The notes beneath the pieces are model-generated. The model ran no database searches, was not told where the DNA came from, and worked only from the letters and a program-made list of their open reading frames with translations. Source: the human T2T-CHM13v2.0 reference genome, Homo sapiens. Taken from it: a stretch of DNA of 64,000 nucleotides. This document shows positions 1 to 14,808 of the stretch, in pieces. The translations under genes and the position numbers were made by a program. The stretch lies in the NCBI RefSeq assembly GCF_009914755.1, contig NC_060926.1; one strand, 5' to 3'. Positions within the stretch are counted from its first letter, which is position 1, and each line of letters starts with the position of its first letter.

Positions 1-59
1 GCACCCTGGTCAAGCTAGGGCAGGCGCTTGCCTTGCCAGCAAAAGGTCCCGCTTCCCAG

Positions 60-487
60 GACAAAGACTCGCTCTGAGGCCGCACTTAAGTCAGGCTCCT
101 CGAAGCTCTCTTTCAACGGGGCCTCAACCCTGGGCTTCTGTGCCTGTCATCGTTGGGCCTGCATCAGCCAGTTTTAGCAAGTCCCTCCTAAGTCAGTGTG
201 GAGAGAAGCCCCCATCCTTCGCATCTGACCACCCTGGCCTGCCTTCAGCAAGAATCCTAAGCCTGTTTAACCAGAAGCTTTCCTTCCCCCTGCTGCTTTC
301 TCTTAGTAATTTCCTCCATCCCGACTGCCAGCCTGCTCCATGGCTATAAATCCCCACTCGTTCTGGTTGAATTAACCACTGAGTCCGTTCTATATGCACT
401 GAGGCCTCTTTCCCCCTTTGCAATACTTCCTGAATAAAATGTGCTTTTCCTACTTTACCTACTGTCAGGTCCTGGGTTTCTTTAACA
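60..487 (+). mobile_element. Solo ERV1 LTR (MER31/MER67-like)
   Basis: Starts gacaaagactc...agtcaggctcct; TATA-like ctataaa at about 345, AATAAA at about 433, ends ttaaca. Confidence 0.65.
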
Positions 488-844
488 GGAGGGCAACCTT
501 CAGACTGGGTCCAGGTCAGTGACATAGAAGGGGAAGTGGCACAGTGTGTCCACAGAGGGCAGAGCCCAGTGACGGGAGCTCACAGCAGAGACGCCCAGGC
601 TGCATTCGGGAGGGCAGTGGCACCGATGAGAGGGGCATAGGCAAGGACACCACGGGGCAGGATGCAGAAGGGAGTCCTGGGGCAGAACCAGAGCGGGAGC
701 CCAGCCCATCAAACATCAAGACGTGGCCTGGTGCATGGGGAGTGAGATTCCAGTGACCCAATGGGGACCAGGAGTGGGGAGATGCTGCTCGGAGAAGCTC
801 CGGACCTGCAAACCAGCCTGCTCAGACTGACTGGGAGCCTAGAG

Positions 845-1420
845 GCATTCATTCATTCATCCATTCATTCTACAAATCTGTATTAAGCGCTGATGAGTTT
901 GACGGTAGGGATATACCAACAAACAAAAGAGATAAAAAATTTTGTCCCTGTGGAGCTTACATGATAGTGACAAGAGACAGACACCAAACACAATAAACAA
1001 ATCATGTTGCGTGTTAGAACATGATAAATGGGATATTTTGGGGGAAGAAAGGACACACGTGAGAGGGAGCAGGAGAGCCAGGTGTGGGAGGTTGCAGCAT
1101 TAGGCGTGGTTGGAGCAGGCTCCCCCAGGGACATTTGAGCAAAAACATTAAAGATGTGAGGGTGAACTGTGGGGACTTCCAGGGGGAGGAAGCTCCAGAC
1201 CCAGGGGATTGCTGGTGTAAAGGCCTTGAGGCAGGAGTGGCCTGGGTTCCAGGGAGGCCAGTGGGTGCAGCAGACCTACGAGGGAGGGGAGAAGCCCCTC
1301 ATACAGGCCTCAGAGGGGGTGCTCTCACCCTGAAGGTGGAGTAGGTAGGATTGGACTCATCTTAACAGGCTAAGTCTGGCTGCCATATTGAGAATAGGCT
1401 TTGGGGGTAGGGGTTGGGGT
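845..1420 (-). mobile_element. L2 LINE 3' fragment
   Basis: (cattcatt)n end followed by typical L2 sequence (ccctgtggagcttacat, gacatttgagcaaa). Confidence 0.6.
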
Positions 1421-1691
1421 TGTGACGTGTGTTGGGTGGGGTAGGAACAGGCCATGTACCACTGCCATTAAAGCATTTCAACTGGGGACCTGTTAATATT
1501 CTTAACTGCTCCCCTGCATTTCACAGCTGCCTGTATCCAAATACAATGGGGCCACCTGACAGCACACCTCAGGGTGACTTCATGTTCAAATATAATATCA
1601 ACCCAATATCCAATAAAAAGCTTCAAAAATCATGCCAACATCTTAAGTCCCTCAAGGCGGTGTCAAAGCAGGAGCCAATCCATGACCTACC

Positions 1692-2236
1692 GAGAGAGGA
1701 GAAAGGAAGAAGCCAGTCAGGCAGGCAGTTAGGGTGGGCCCTCAGTTAAATTCTTTCAAACAAAAGAACAGCCAACTTGCACAGAGGGGCTTGCCTAAGA
1801 CACGCCCACAGCCACATAGATAAGAAAAGCTACACAGGTGACTCACCCAGACACGCCTGCAGTGGAAAGTTCTGTCCCGTAACACATGTACAGTAAGGGG
1901 AACAAAGCAATATGGAGTCACTAAGCTAAGGGCCCACATGCACACTTGGAGGATGGGGTGGAGCTAACAGAAATTTGTGTCTTATGCAAATGAGATGCCC
2001 AGCCCTCATCAGTTTCTTATAAAAGCCTTTGCATTCAACTGTAAAGACAGCAACCCTCTTCTGGGCCCCCTCTCCATGGCAGAAAGCTTTCTTCTTTTGC
2101 TTAGAAAACTTTTGCTCCAATCTCACCTTTTGTGTCCACACTCCTTAATTCTCTGGGTCATGAGACAAAGAACTCCAGGTAATACCTCACAACGAGAGAC
2201 TGCTACGTCGTGGTGCATTGGTGAGACTTTAACACT
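1692..2236 (+). mobile_element. Solo ERV1 MER4-group LTR (MER50/MER83/MER84-like)
   Basis: gagagaggagaaaggaagaagccagtcaggcaggcagttagggtggg start; TATA at about 2018; typical R/U5 sequence. Confidence 0.7.
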
Positions 2237-2664
2237 AAAAGAGAATACCGTGTGGGCCACCTCCACTCATCCATCTCTCTCTGAAGTTCTCATGACCATG
2301 GCTCAATATTAATCTCCTCCCTCCATCCACATGCTTGCTCCCTGCACCCCCAAATCTCATCTGCCCAGCTGCTTTTTTATTTAGTTCCCTTCTCAGTTTA
2401 GTTTTTTCTTCTGCAGTTGGCTTCACATTCTATTCTTATTACTGTTTCTGAAAGCTGTTAATAAATAAACAATTAAACTACAAAACATTACAATTAAACA
2501 AACCAAGCAATCAACCAAACAATAAACTCTCGGTTGTCACCTCACAGGACAAGGACAGCTCTTGTGATTAAGTTGCAGGCTCTACTGCTGCCCACACCAC
2601 AGATACCTTAGTTAGATTTGCTCCTTTGTCAAATGTTTAAGTCAGATAAAGGACCAGTCGTAGG

Positions 2665-2878
2665 GCAGTGGATCTCAAACCTAATTGTGGCAAAACAAAA
2701 CAAAACAAACAAACAAAAATCACCTAGAAAACTTGTTCAACTGGTTAAAAACACAGATTCCTGGGCCTGAATCCTAGAGATTCCCACCCAGAGCCAACAT
2801 CCCAGAATCTGCATTTTAGGCAAGCTCCCTGTGATTCTGAAGCAGCGGGCCATAGGCAATTCATTGGGAAGCGGTCAG
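2665..2878. mobile_element. MER5A hAT-Charlie MITE
   Basis: cagtggatctcaaac...aatcacct...cagattcctgggcc...gaatctgcatttt...gtgattctga. Confidence 0.65.
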
Positions 2879-3474
2879 TGTCCAGATATCTCAGAGGACC
2901 CCTCTCTAAGCACTCTCGATTGGTCCCAAAGACCCCCCTTCCCCCAGTAGGCTGGCTTCTTCACCCTGTCCTCATCCTCTAGCATCCCCGAGAGGAGGTC
3001 ACCTGGGACATTCTTGCAAATGGGAGGATCTAGAATCCAGGTCTCTGCCTGCTGCCGGCCATCCCCAGGCGGGCCTCCTACCAGATTCCAATCTATGAAA
3101 CGAAAAACTGGGGATCCTTTTCCAGCCCACGTTACTGAGTGCATCTCAGTTGTTTCATTATGCTAGCTGTGAGGTTTTGCACTTGTGACAAACAACAGAA
3201 GGGACTTTTTGTCACAGTAAGGAAATCCTCGCAAGCATGTGCCTAAACGTGACTGCCTGCTGCTTCGTCTTTGCCAGTCTCATCTGGAGAGGACCTGGCG
3301 CATGCTCTTGGTTGGTTTTCCTCCATCTGCATGAAATAGGAGCCACTGAGAGCATCTTCCTCCCCTTCAAAGCCTTCACTACTTCTTTCTGCTAGTTCCT
3401 TGTCCTTGCAGGAGCTTTAATAGCTCAATTCCTTTCCGTCTCTGGAGGGGCCCACAGTGCCCTCTGGTGGTTGA

Positions 3475-3801
<327 letters not shown>

Positions 3802-5699
3802 TATGGCACACTTTTGTAGAAGTCCAGGGTGCCTGCTGCTCTCAGGGCTAGGTCCTGTGCCCATCCTGGGAGAATGGGAAAGCCTCTGTATGCATTCTGC
3901 TCTGCCTGAGCCCTCCACAGAGCCAGAACCAGGCCTAGGGGGTCAAGGGTAAACTTCTTTGAGGAACTGGAAACTGAGATGATGATGAGATTAGGGATTG
4001 GCTATGAATACAAACTGGGTCATGGTCCAGATACAGAAACATCAAAATCTGACCTGTGGGCTCTGTCTGGGAAAATTTAGGGCAAATTGGCACTTGTAGG
4101 TGCCAAGGAGTGGCTTGTTTACCCTGCCCTCCTCACTGTCCCTTGTTTGGACCAATTCTGCCTTCTTAGGAGGACATGACAATTCTTCCCCCAGGATCCT
4201 AGGATGCACTGAAGCCTCTAGTTTTTTCCTGCTGGTGAGTACTAACATATGCCCATTAACTTGAATGCTTATCTTTCACTGGCCAAGACCAAGCTTTGAC
4301 AGGTACCCCCAGAGCACTTTCATAGGCCCGTGAGTCAATTCTGAACCAAGTCATGGGGGCAGCTGAGTCAGCTCCCCTCAATCCCGGCCTTGATAGCTGG
4401 GCACAGTTGTGGCCCGGGGTCTGAATGCTGCAACCACAGTGCTTAAGGTCTGGGTTGTGGAAGCTGGAGAGCCACTGCTGGGCCTGAAGGCTGGAAACCT
4501 CGCTGTTGCCCTTGCGAAATAAGGACATTTCCACTTTATCCCCTAGGGCAGAGCATTTAGTGAGTCAAAACCTTAACTCCACATCCAACAGACTCTGTTT
4601 CAGAACAGTGTGTCAGATGCTTCAGTATCAGCTGACATCCTGGACGTGTAACCACCCCTTTCTGCTCATACTTGGGCCTTGTGTCCAGGTCTGGGTGACT
4701 GTCCTCACCATTGAGTTTTTGCTTGAGGCCCCAGGCTGTCTTCTGGAAAGTGGCTATGATGGGTTCCTCAGGGTTCTACCCAACCTCTCTGTAAATGATC
4801 AGACGCCAGTAGCTGCTAAAGGGGAAAAGTGTCCCCTCTGCCAATGCATCTGAGCTCTGGTCTTGTCCAATGGGGATGACTGGTGCCAGGTTGCCTGGAG
4901 TCCTGTGCTGGGAGGGACTTCGCCAGGTGGTCTTCCTTGTTCTAGATGGTTCTGGAGATTCAAATGGCCCAGTTGAGACCAGAGGTGAAGAGAGCAAGAC
5001 AGTGCCTTCTTGATTTCATTATTTCACATGTCACTTCATAGGGGAATGACTGCTAAAATGAATACGGTCTGTGCATTTTTTCTAAGTCACAATTACAGAA
5101 GAGATAGAATGACAGGAGAGTTGTGAATCCCATAGTCCCCACACCTAATTTCAAGAGGGGAGGAGTTCCATTGGAGCAGCTTTGGGACGAAAGAGAAGCA
5201 GTCAGGGTCCTCAGGGCTCAGGGCAGGAAAGCAAAGAGTCCAAGGCACCTGCCAGGACTGACCCCGCCCACCGACTCCCATAACTACTTGCAGAATGTGA
5301 GCTTGCTCTGAAGGCCTGGCTCTACCAGAGCTTGGAAAGCATCTGAGAAATGTACCCACTCCAGATGTTGATGCCAATGAAGTCTACCTCTCCTGAGGGA
5401 GGCTGCACTTCACCAGGAGACAATGTCTCCCCAGTTTCTAAGAATGAATCTTCCAAGGTGGAATTTCTGCTATCAGCTAGAGGGGGGAATGTATTTTTAC
5501 ATGTAATTCCTCCAGTCATTCCTGATAAGAAAGCTTTTTTTGTTGTTCCATTTTTGCAGCCTTTTGGAGTCATGTAAAACCTCCCACATCATAACCTGAA
5601 GGTAGTCCTGAGCTGATGCAGGCTCCCTGGCCAGTTGGGGAGGAAAGGGTTCAGGAAAGAGTGGAACCCAGCTGGATCAGATGGGAGAAATTGAAGCAG

Positions 5700-6646
<947 letters not shown>

Positions 6647-8877
6647 TTATGGCCTGGGTGCAGGACTGGAATGGGTCCCTGGAGAGAGGCAATTGGCATT
6701 GTCTGCAGGGGCATCACTGATGGTGGGTTCATTAAGAGTTTTTAACATCTAAGGAGGTACGTGCTGAACGTGGATGAGGCCTGAGCAGTGGGAAACGACC
6801 AGGAGGGCAAATCCTGCACCTACAGCTCAGAGAGTCTGGGGGAAGGTGAGGACCAGCTGGGCTAAGCAGAATAACCCAAACCCTGCTCTCGCAGGCAGAA
6901 ATCACTTGAAAACCAGGGGAGCAGTACAGCAACAAACAGGAGCAAGGGAAGAGAGTGTTCCGGGAATAGGGGTCTTGGCTGTCATGGCAATCAAACTGCT
7001 AGTGTTTGAAAGTCTCAACTTGAAAGAAATAAATGACTCTTTAGGGTACCCCCCACCCCCTGCCCAAGATACAGAGAAACCCAGAGCCATGATTAGATGA
7101 TAGACAGACAGACCTGGATCAGCTTACCAATGCGAGAACGGAAGACAGGGTTAGGTCATGAATGGATATAAGATTTTTTTACCCAGCAATCCTGGCTGCT
7201 GGTAAACTGGTAGGGAGGGGAATCTTTTATCATAATGCATTGAGCTTATGCTAGGAATGGGAACCTTTAGTGTACCTCTCAGAAGGATTTGGAAGTCTAA
7301 AGTCTAGGCTGATAAAATCATCATCTCTAGAACTCAGCATTCACTCCAAAATGGCACCAGGAGTGGCCATCTTTATGGCCATATTTGTTGTCTTTCCATA
7401 CAATGAAGGGAATTCTACTTTATTATATGCTTTTCTTGAGCCAGTGCTCAAACTGCCTCCGCCCTTTCCTGGATCATAGGTGAGGTCAATCTATTTCACA
7501 GTTCACACTGTTGTGAAAACACTGAGAAATAGGAGCAAAAGAAATCTCTATACATTTTCTGTTCATTAGTCTGTGACACTGGGTACCTAAATGGAAACTC
7601 CAACACACTCTACTCCCAGTTCCTCACTGGGAGGCTGAAGGGGGCCTGCTGGACAGGTTCTGCCTCCTTATGGGGCAGGGCCTCGGTTTTTGATGGTCTT
7701 ACTCCTCCATGGAGACTAAGAATGAAAAGCCAGAAACACAGACCAGGACAATTTAGTAAGTTGTAATGACTTGCAATTTTTGTCTTGAGAAAAGCATTAT
7801 GTTGAGAAAAGTTTATGTCCTTTGAACTTTTGTTAAAAAATAGCAATTAGCATTATTAACATGCTAAAAAATAGGTTTAAATACTATCAAATTGCAATTA
7901 TATTAATATCAGTTTCATACTAATGGCCTAAGACGAGGAGTGCTTCTTGAAACATTTTTAAAAAATGATAAATAGGGAGAACAGAGAGCAGATAGCCTGT
8001 AGATAATAGATGTTCTTGAAAGTGAGCCCAGGACAAATGGATCAGTAAGGTTTAATGGGGCTGGAAAAATAACCAGGCGTGTATATCGAGAGGGCTCAGT
8101 GTGCCAGGCATGATGAATGAAAAGGTACTATATTTGAAACCTATCCTGGCAAAAATAACTAAATATAGAACTATTGGGATAATAGGGGAAATATCATTGG
8201 TTTCCACACACTAATGAGGAGGCAGAATTCTGGCTGGACTTAGATTTCAGAGTTGTAGAATAAAATCCCCAAAGACAGTGGAACAAAGTTTAAATCAATT
8301 TTGAAGGTGAGAAGTTATGATAAGTTATATATTATGTTATTAATTTATGAAAACAATAGAACACATTCTAAGATATGGTGAATCAGAAAACATACCATCC
8401 ATGTAATTCTTTTCAAATTACTTAAAGACACACTTCAGTTGACTGAAAGGCAGAGCAAAAAGGAAGTATGGAGAAGTCGTGTCAAGAAAAGACCAGCAGG
8501 GAATCTTAAACAGTGAAAACAGAAACACATTAATACTGTTCTCAAAAATACAGGTTATCATGTAACACACACTTTTAATTTTTGCTTTTGAATTACTTTA
8601 TATGACATAGGACATGACAAATAATTTACATAATGTGAAACTAACAAATAATGACATAATATAATTGAATAGAATAAACATTATAGAGTAAAAGCAAAAA
8701 AATTAATACTAATTCATGTCTGTATTTCAAGAGAGTGAAAAGACAGGAATAAGGGAGCTGAGAGGTATCAAAGTGATAAACGCATTGCCTTAAGTATGTG
8801 ACACATTACAGATATTTTATTTTTGACTTTGACATTAAAAAAATAAGTCAAAATGCATTGGGAAAACTTATGGGTAA

Positions 8878-9303
<426 letters not shown>

Positions 9304-9627
9304 AGACCACCTATATTACTTTTAACCACAAATGAAATAGATGACTTCTTAGAAAAACATAAAAGCAGAGCTGTCTCAAAAACCAACAGAATATCTTCAT
9401 AGCCTGAAAACCGTAAAGAAAGCAGATAATGTGGTTACCACTGTCTCTCCAGTGAACTCTGGGTCACACACTTTTGGTTAATTTAAAACACTATAAATTA
9501 TTCCAGAATATATTAAAAGGTAGAAAATTTTACAAGTTATTTTACCGAGGTAGGATAACCGTAAATCTGACTATGACAGTGTGTAAAAACTATAGAGCAA
9601 TCTCATTTATAAATACAAATGTAAAAT

Positions 9628-9697
9628 CCTCTGCAATGGTATATTAAATACCCTCTGCAATGGTACATTAAATACCCTCTGCAATGGTATATTAAAT
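9628..9697 (+). repeat. 24-bp tandem repeat, about 3 copies (cctctgcaatggtatattaaatac)
   Basis: Copies start at 9628, 9652 and 9676; one substitution. Confidence 0.9.
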
Positions 9698-9929
9698 CTA
9701 TAACAAACAAAAATAAACTCCACAGAAATTTAGAAATCAACTTAGTTTGTTTTTCATAGTGATCTGAGTGTTAAAATTCTGTTAACTTTTATTGTTGTAC
9801 CTGGGGATTGAGCAAGTGAGTAAATAATACTGTTGGAGAAGGGAGACACCAATACAGAACCGAGGAAGACAAGGAAGAAGCCTGTGGGGTAGGATGGGAT
9901 GGGATGGGAATTAGAGGTGTATCATACAT

Positions 9930-11012
9930 ATAAATCATGTATCAAGGAAAATTTCCTGCCCTGGGATTAGGGGGAACTAGCAACATGTGCTTGACTGGAT
10001 TTCAGAATTGCTATAAATGAGTGACTGCTGCTTCCTTTTTCCCCGTTTGAATGGAAGTGTCTATAGTAGTTGTTCAGTCCCTGTTTCATCACTGACTGTT
10101 GGCAGCAGGGAAGAAACAATTTTTCAGCTCACAGGCCTCTAGTTCAAGAGGAGGTGCACCCAAGGAGCTGCACCCAATAAACCATACCTGAGGAGCCTAT
10201 TTCTTTTGTTTTCTTTCCTTTTTTTTTTTTTTTTTTTGAGGCAGGGTCTCTGTTGTCCAGGCTGGAGTGCAGTGGTGCATTCTTGGCTCACTGCGACCTC
10301 TGCCTCCCAGGCTCATCCTTCCACCTCAGCCTCCTGAGTAGCTGGGACTACAGGTGTGTGCCACCTTGCCCAGCTAATTAAAAAGATTTTTTTTTTTTTT
10401 TTTTTGTAGAGATGAGGTTTTGCCATGTTACCCAGGCTGGTCTTCAACTCCTGGACTCAAGCGATCCACCTGCCTCGGCCTCCTAAAGTGCTGGGATTTC
10501 AGGTGTGAGCCACTGTGCCCAGCCCGAAGAAGCTTTATCTGATCTGAACCTGATTTAGATAAGGAGGTCCTGGACTTTGTTCCAATGCTGCAGAGAGTGA
10601 GACTTCTGTGGGGAGAGGAGTGTCCTTTGCATTTGGGAAAGATGTGAACTACTGTGGCCAGAGGGTGAACTATGGTAGATTGCTTCTAAAGATGGGAGCA
10701 GCAATGTTTCTTCCCAAGCAACATTCTCCTTTGAAATGTGACTTTGCCACCCATCGCATCAAGAGGTAAGGTCTATTCTCCCTCCTTCTGAATCTGTCCC
10801 TGTGACTTGCTTTCACCAATAGATTGTGGCAGAAGTGACAGTGTGCAAGTATGAATGGGGTCTGCCAGTACCATGTGGAGCAAAGGGAAGCATCCTCATG
10901 GATGATGCCTGAATTCTTGATCCACAGAATAGTGAGCAATAAAATGTTTTTTTCTTTTTAAGCAGCTAAGCTTTGAGGTCATTTGTTACACAGCAATAGA
11001 TAGCTAATACAC
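9930..11012 (+). mobile_element. MaLR MLT1 (F-like) internal 3' end plus LTR (LTR about 10670-11012), interrupted by an Alu
   Basis: PPT-like gccagagggtgaac before tatggtagattgc; LTR end ttttaagc...tttgttacacagcaatagatagctaataca. Confidence 0.65.
10202..10525 (-). mobile_element. AluJ
   Basis: Diverged reverse Alu. Confidence 0.9.
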
Positions 11013-11092
11013 CATCAAAGAGTTCTGGGGTCATTTCAAAACAACTCAGGAGGCAAATTGAGGAGTTTCTCACTAAAAGTGGGGAACTTGCA

Positions 11093-11250
11093 CATGCCTG
11101 TAATCCCAGCTACTCGGAGGCTGAGGCAGGAGAATCGCTTGCACCCAGGAGGAGGAGGTTGCAGTGAGTCAAGATGACGCTACTGTACTCCGGCCTGGGT
11201 GACAGAGTGAGACTCTGTCTCAAAAAAAAAAAAAAAAAAAAAAAAAGAAA
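11093..11250 (+). mobile_element. 5'-truncated Alu (right arm) with TSD aaaagtgggNaact
   Basis: catgcctgtaatcccagctact...poly-A; flanking near-direct repeats. Confidence 0.88.
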
Positions 11251-12236
11251 AAGTGGGCAACTCAAGCATCAATAAAGGTATTAACTGCAATGGTTTGTAG
11301 CATGCTACGTATATTTAAATATGTGGGTTCAAGATAATTAAATTAAAAAATCCCTGGTTACCTTTAGAGGATATTGGGACATCAATTCATTATTTTGAAC
11401 ATTGCTAAATAAAAAAACAAGCATTTATCCTATTTTTTGTACAACCTGTATTTCAAGGTAACCGAATACTGTTAAAGAGAAGCTATTTGCAGAATAATTC
11501 TGACCAATAATTATGTAAAAAAAAACCTGAATCTCATCATTTTGCAACCTCTGATGATATCACGGATTTAGGTATTGCTAAAACCATCAGGTGATAGATG
11601 ATCAGGCTGATAACACGTGCACCTGCTGCCAACCTTAACATAAAAAATAATACTAAATTCCCCTGTGAAGCCTGCATGTGCCCCAAAACCCCCAAATCAA
11701 AACAAACCCCTCAAAACCTGAGTTAAAGCAAGCTTCTAGATCTAACTTCTAGCTTACAAAAAATGAGAGGAAGAGAGGACTATACCACTAAGAAAATGCA
11801 ACCAGAAAATTCCAGATTGCAAAAAATGTAATAGGACCAAAACCCTGAGTTCTTCAATAAATACATGACAATTTATAGCTTAAAAGAGACATAGGGACAG
11901 GAGAGCCAAATGCAGTGTGTGGAACTTGTTTAGATCCTGATTTGAACAAATCAACTCTAAAAAGACTTATGAGACAGTGGGGAGAATGTGAACTATGATG
12001 GGGTATCTGATGGTATTAAGGAAGTATTAATTTTTTTTTTTTTTAGTGTAGATATAGACTTTTAAAGGTAAAAAGAAAGAATAAAGATGGAGGGTGTGAT
12101 AATCCTATGAAGTGTCTGGGTTTGGGTCCTGAGGGCAGCCAATTACATCCCAGACTCACTGGCAATCAACAGTCCAAGCCAGGGTCCCATCAGCTGAATC
12201 CTGAGGTGGGGATGCTTCAGTCTTTACAGAACAGGG

Positions 12237-12350
12237 TCAAGGAAGAGTCCAGAAACCGCCGTCATTGGCTTCATGAAAACCGAGCACGTCTTTGAGATCT
12301 TTTTCAAATTCTGCCTCTAAGTCAAGTCCTACCTGGCCAAAGTCAGAAGC
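12237..12350 (-). CDS. SP110: SP110 exon 19 CDS (C-terminus, TGA at 12239-12237)
   Basis: ASDFGQVGLDLEAEFEKDLKDVLGFHEANDGGFWTLP*; total 713 aa. Confidence 0.97.
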   Translation of the reverse strand, partial: ASDFGQVGLDLEAEFEKDLKDVLGFHEANDGGFWTLP

Positions 12351-12417
12351 CTGAAAGAGAAAAAAGCAAACAAACACATTGAAGGATGAAGGATTACAGC
12401 CATCAAATCACTCATAC

Positions 12418-12736
12418 TTTTTTTTGTGTTTTTGTTTTTGAGTCAGGGTCTTTCCCCGTCACCCAGGCTGTGGTGCAGTGGCACCGTCATGGCTCACTGC
12501 AGCCTTGAATTCCTGGGCTCATGTGATCCTCCCACCTCAGCTCCTGAGAAGCTGAAACTACAGGCACATGCCACTATGCCCAAAGTTTTAAAACATTTTT
12601 TTCTCTTTCAGAGATCGGGGTGAGGAGGCCTTGCTATGTTGCTCAGGCTGGTCTCAAACTCCTGGCCTCAGATGATTCCCTCACCTCGGACTCCCAAAAA
12701 GCTGGGATTACAGATGTGAGTCACCATGCCCAGCCT
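12418..12736 (-). mobile_element. AluJ in last intron
   Basis: Diverged reverse Alu. Confidence 0.88.
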
Positions 12737-13733
12737 CACTCTTATTTTTTTAGGAGCCCAGCAGTAAGGCAGAATGGATGGGGAGATGCTGCTACTAAAA
12801 TGTTGAAAAGCATGAGACTCCAGCTGGTTGTTAATTTCCACCTGACAGGCGATTTAGACTGAAGGGTTAGTTTTGATCATGGCAAATCTGAGCATGATGC
12901 AAAATAGCTTAACAATTTTTGTAAATGCATTTCTTGGAAGCCCACTCGCTGAGGAAGGATGACCCTCTGTTCTCCAGGACTACGGATATGCCAGGCACTG
13001 AGTGGCTCTCTGGTCAACCCTTTCTCCCTGCAGCTCCATGAATGGGTACCAGTTTACAATCTGTGGTTTGTGAACATGCCAACTCCTGGCATGGAAGAAG
13101 GGAAGGAAGCTGGGTGGAGATGAAAATCTTCCTTAGGTACCTCCCAAGAAATATCTGTACAAGTGAGGATAAAAATCAGGAAAAACCAAAGTTACAAATG
13201 TCTGGGATTGCAGGATAGCTCAACCAGCTGTCCCTCCCTAGTAAAGGAGGATGAAACCAACATTGGATCTGAAGGCAATTCCAGATGTTTGAGTCCAATG
13301 AGAAATTTATGTGTAAAAATATGCAAGCCTGATTATCCAGGAAGTTTAATTGATTTTATGTTGTTTACTTATTTATTTTCATATTTCTGAGGCAGGAAGA
13401 ACAATGTAGGCATAAACTGCCTTTCCTTCCAGTTTGAACAAAGAGGCTGGATGCCATTTACTGCTCTCGTTGGGAGCGAGCTGCCGATCTGGGAACAGAG
13501 CATGGTTTTTTTCAGCTTCTGTTCCAGAGATCCCTCCCCTGTCCTGCTTGCTGTTCTTTTTGCCACTCACTCCTTGCCTCCAGGAATGCCGAGGTGGTTT
13601 TTTTTCTGTAATCCTTGTCTTGTTTGAGCTCTCCCCAGGCTGAAACTGAGTGTAATACTTGCAAAATTCTGCTGTCCCAGAAATTAGGGGAAAGTAGAAA
13701 AGACGCAAAAAGGAAGCAGGAAATGCTCTTTAC

Positions 13734-13874
13734 CTTGTAAAATGTTTTATGGTTGCGAAACATCAGGCGCATGTCTCGCACAAACCATGCCACCGTGTAC
13801 ATTTCCGTAATCAGCCTTTCCTTAACCAGGTCCAACCACATTGCTTCCTGAAAGGGCTCACCGTAATCTCGAAT
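13734..13874 (-). CDS. SP110: SP110 exon 18 (bromodomain)
   Basis: IRDYGEPFQEAMWLDLVKERL...FRNHKTFYK; 141 nt. Confidence 0.97.
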
Positions 13875-14210
13875 CTTGGGGACAAAGCCACCAGAGGTGA
13901 CGTTAGCACAGCTGTCATCACTGGAATGGATCCAACTTAAATACAATCCAAGCCTTCATTTCCAGGGTCATAATGATAATACCATTTGACCTCTTTAAGC
14001 CAGCTATTGTTCTAGGCACTAGATAAACTAAATTCTAAGCCAAGTATATGAATATGTAATCTCCACATTTATGGGTACCATAAATAATAATGCCCATTTC
14101 ATAGATGAGGAAACCGAGGGATGGAGAGGTCAAGGAACCTACCCAAGATGTCTCAGCAAGAAAGTGGTAGAGCTGAGATGGGAACCCACACAGTTTGGCA
14201 TCTATGACTC

Positions 14211-14506
14211 TTTTTTTTCTTTTGAGATGGAGTCTTGCTTTGTCACCCAGGCTGGAGTGCAGTGGTGCGATCTTGGCTCACCGCAACCTCTGCTTCCTGG
14301 GTTCAAGCGATTCTCCTGCCTCAGCCTCCTGAGTAGCTGGGATTAGAGGTGCCTGCCACCATGCCTGGCTAATTTTGTATTTTTAGTAGAGATGGGGTTT
14401 TGCCATGTTGGCCAAGCTGGTCTCAAACTCCTGACTTCAAGTGATCTGCCCGCCTTGGCCTCCCAAAGTGCTGGGATTACAGGCGTGAGCCGCTGAGCCC
14501 AGCTGG
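14211..14506 (-). mobile_element. AluSx-like
   Basis: Full-length reverse Alu with TSD-like catctatgactc / catctgtgactc. Confidence 0.9.
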
Positions 14507-14808
14507 CATCTGTGACTCTTAATCTCTAGTAGGAAAGACATTCTTCCTAAAGAGAAGATGAAACAGATACACAGGAGGAGAAGCAACTTGCCCGGTATCC
14601 CAGAGCCCGTGAGCAGTGGGGTGGAGTTTGAACCAGGTAGTCCCTCTCCAGAGTGTGCAGCAAAATCCCTGCTGCCCCGCTCCACTGCTGCCACGCTGCC
14701 CTTCTCTTCTGTTCTCCAGCTTCCTGAGCAAACTGCAGCACCTGCCAGATCAGCCCCCAAATTTCTCCAAATGCATTTTATGCAAGAGAACCGTAAAATG
14801 TGACTTAC

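Noticed and set aside
9628-9697. Three 24-bp direct repeats resembling an array
   Set aside because: No spacers; a simple tandem duplication in eukaryotic DNA, not CRISPR-like
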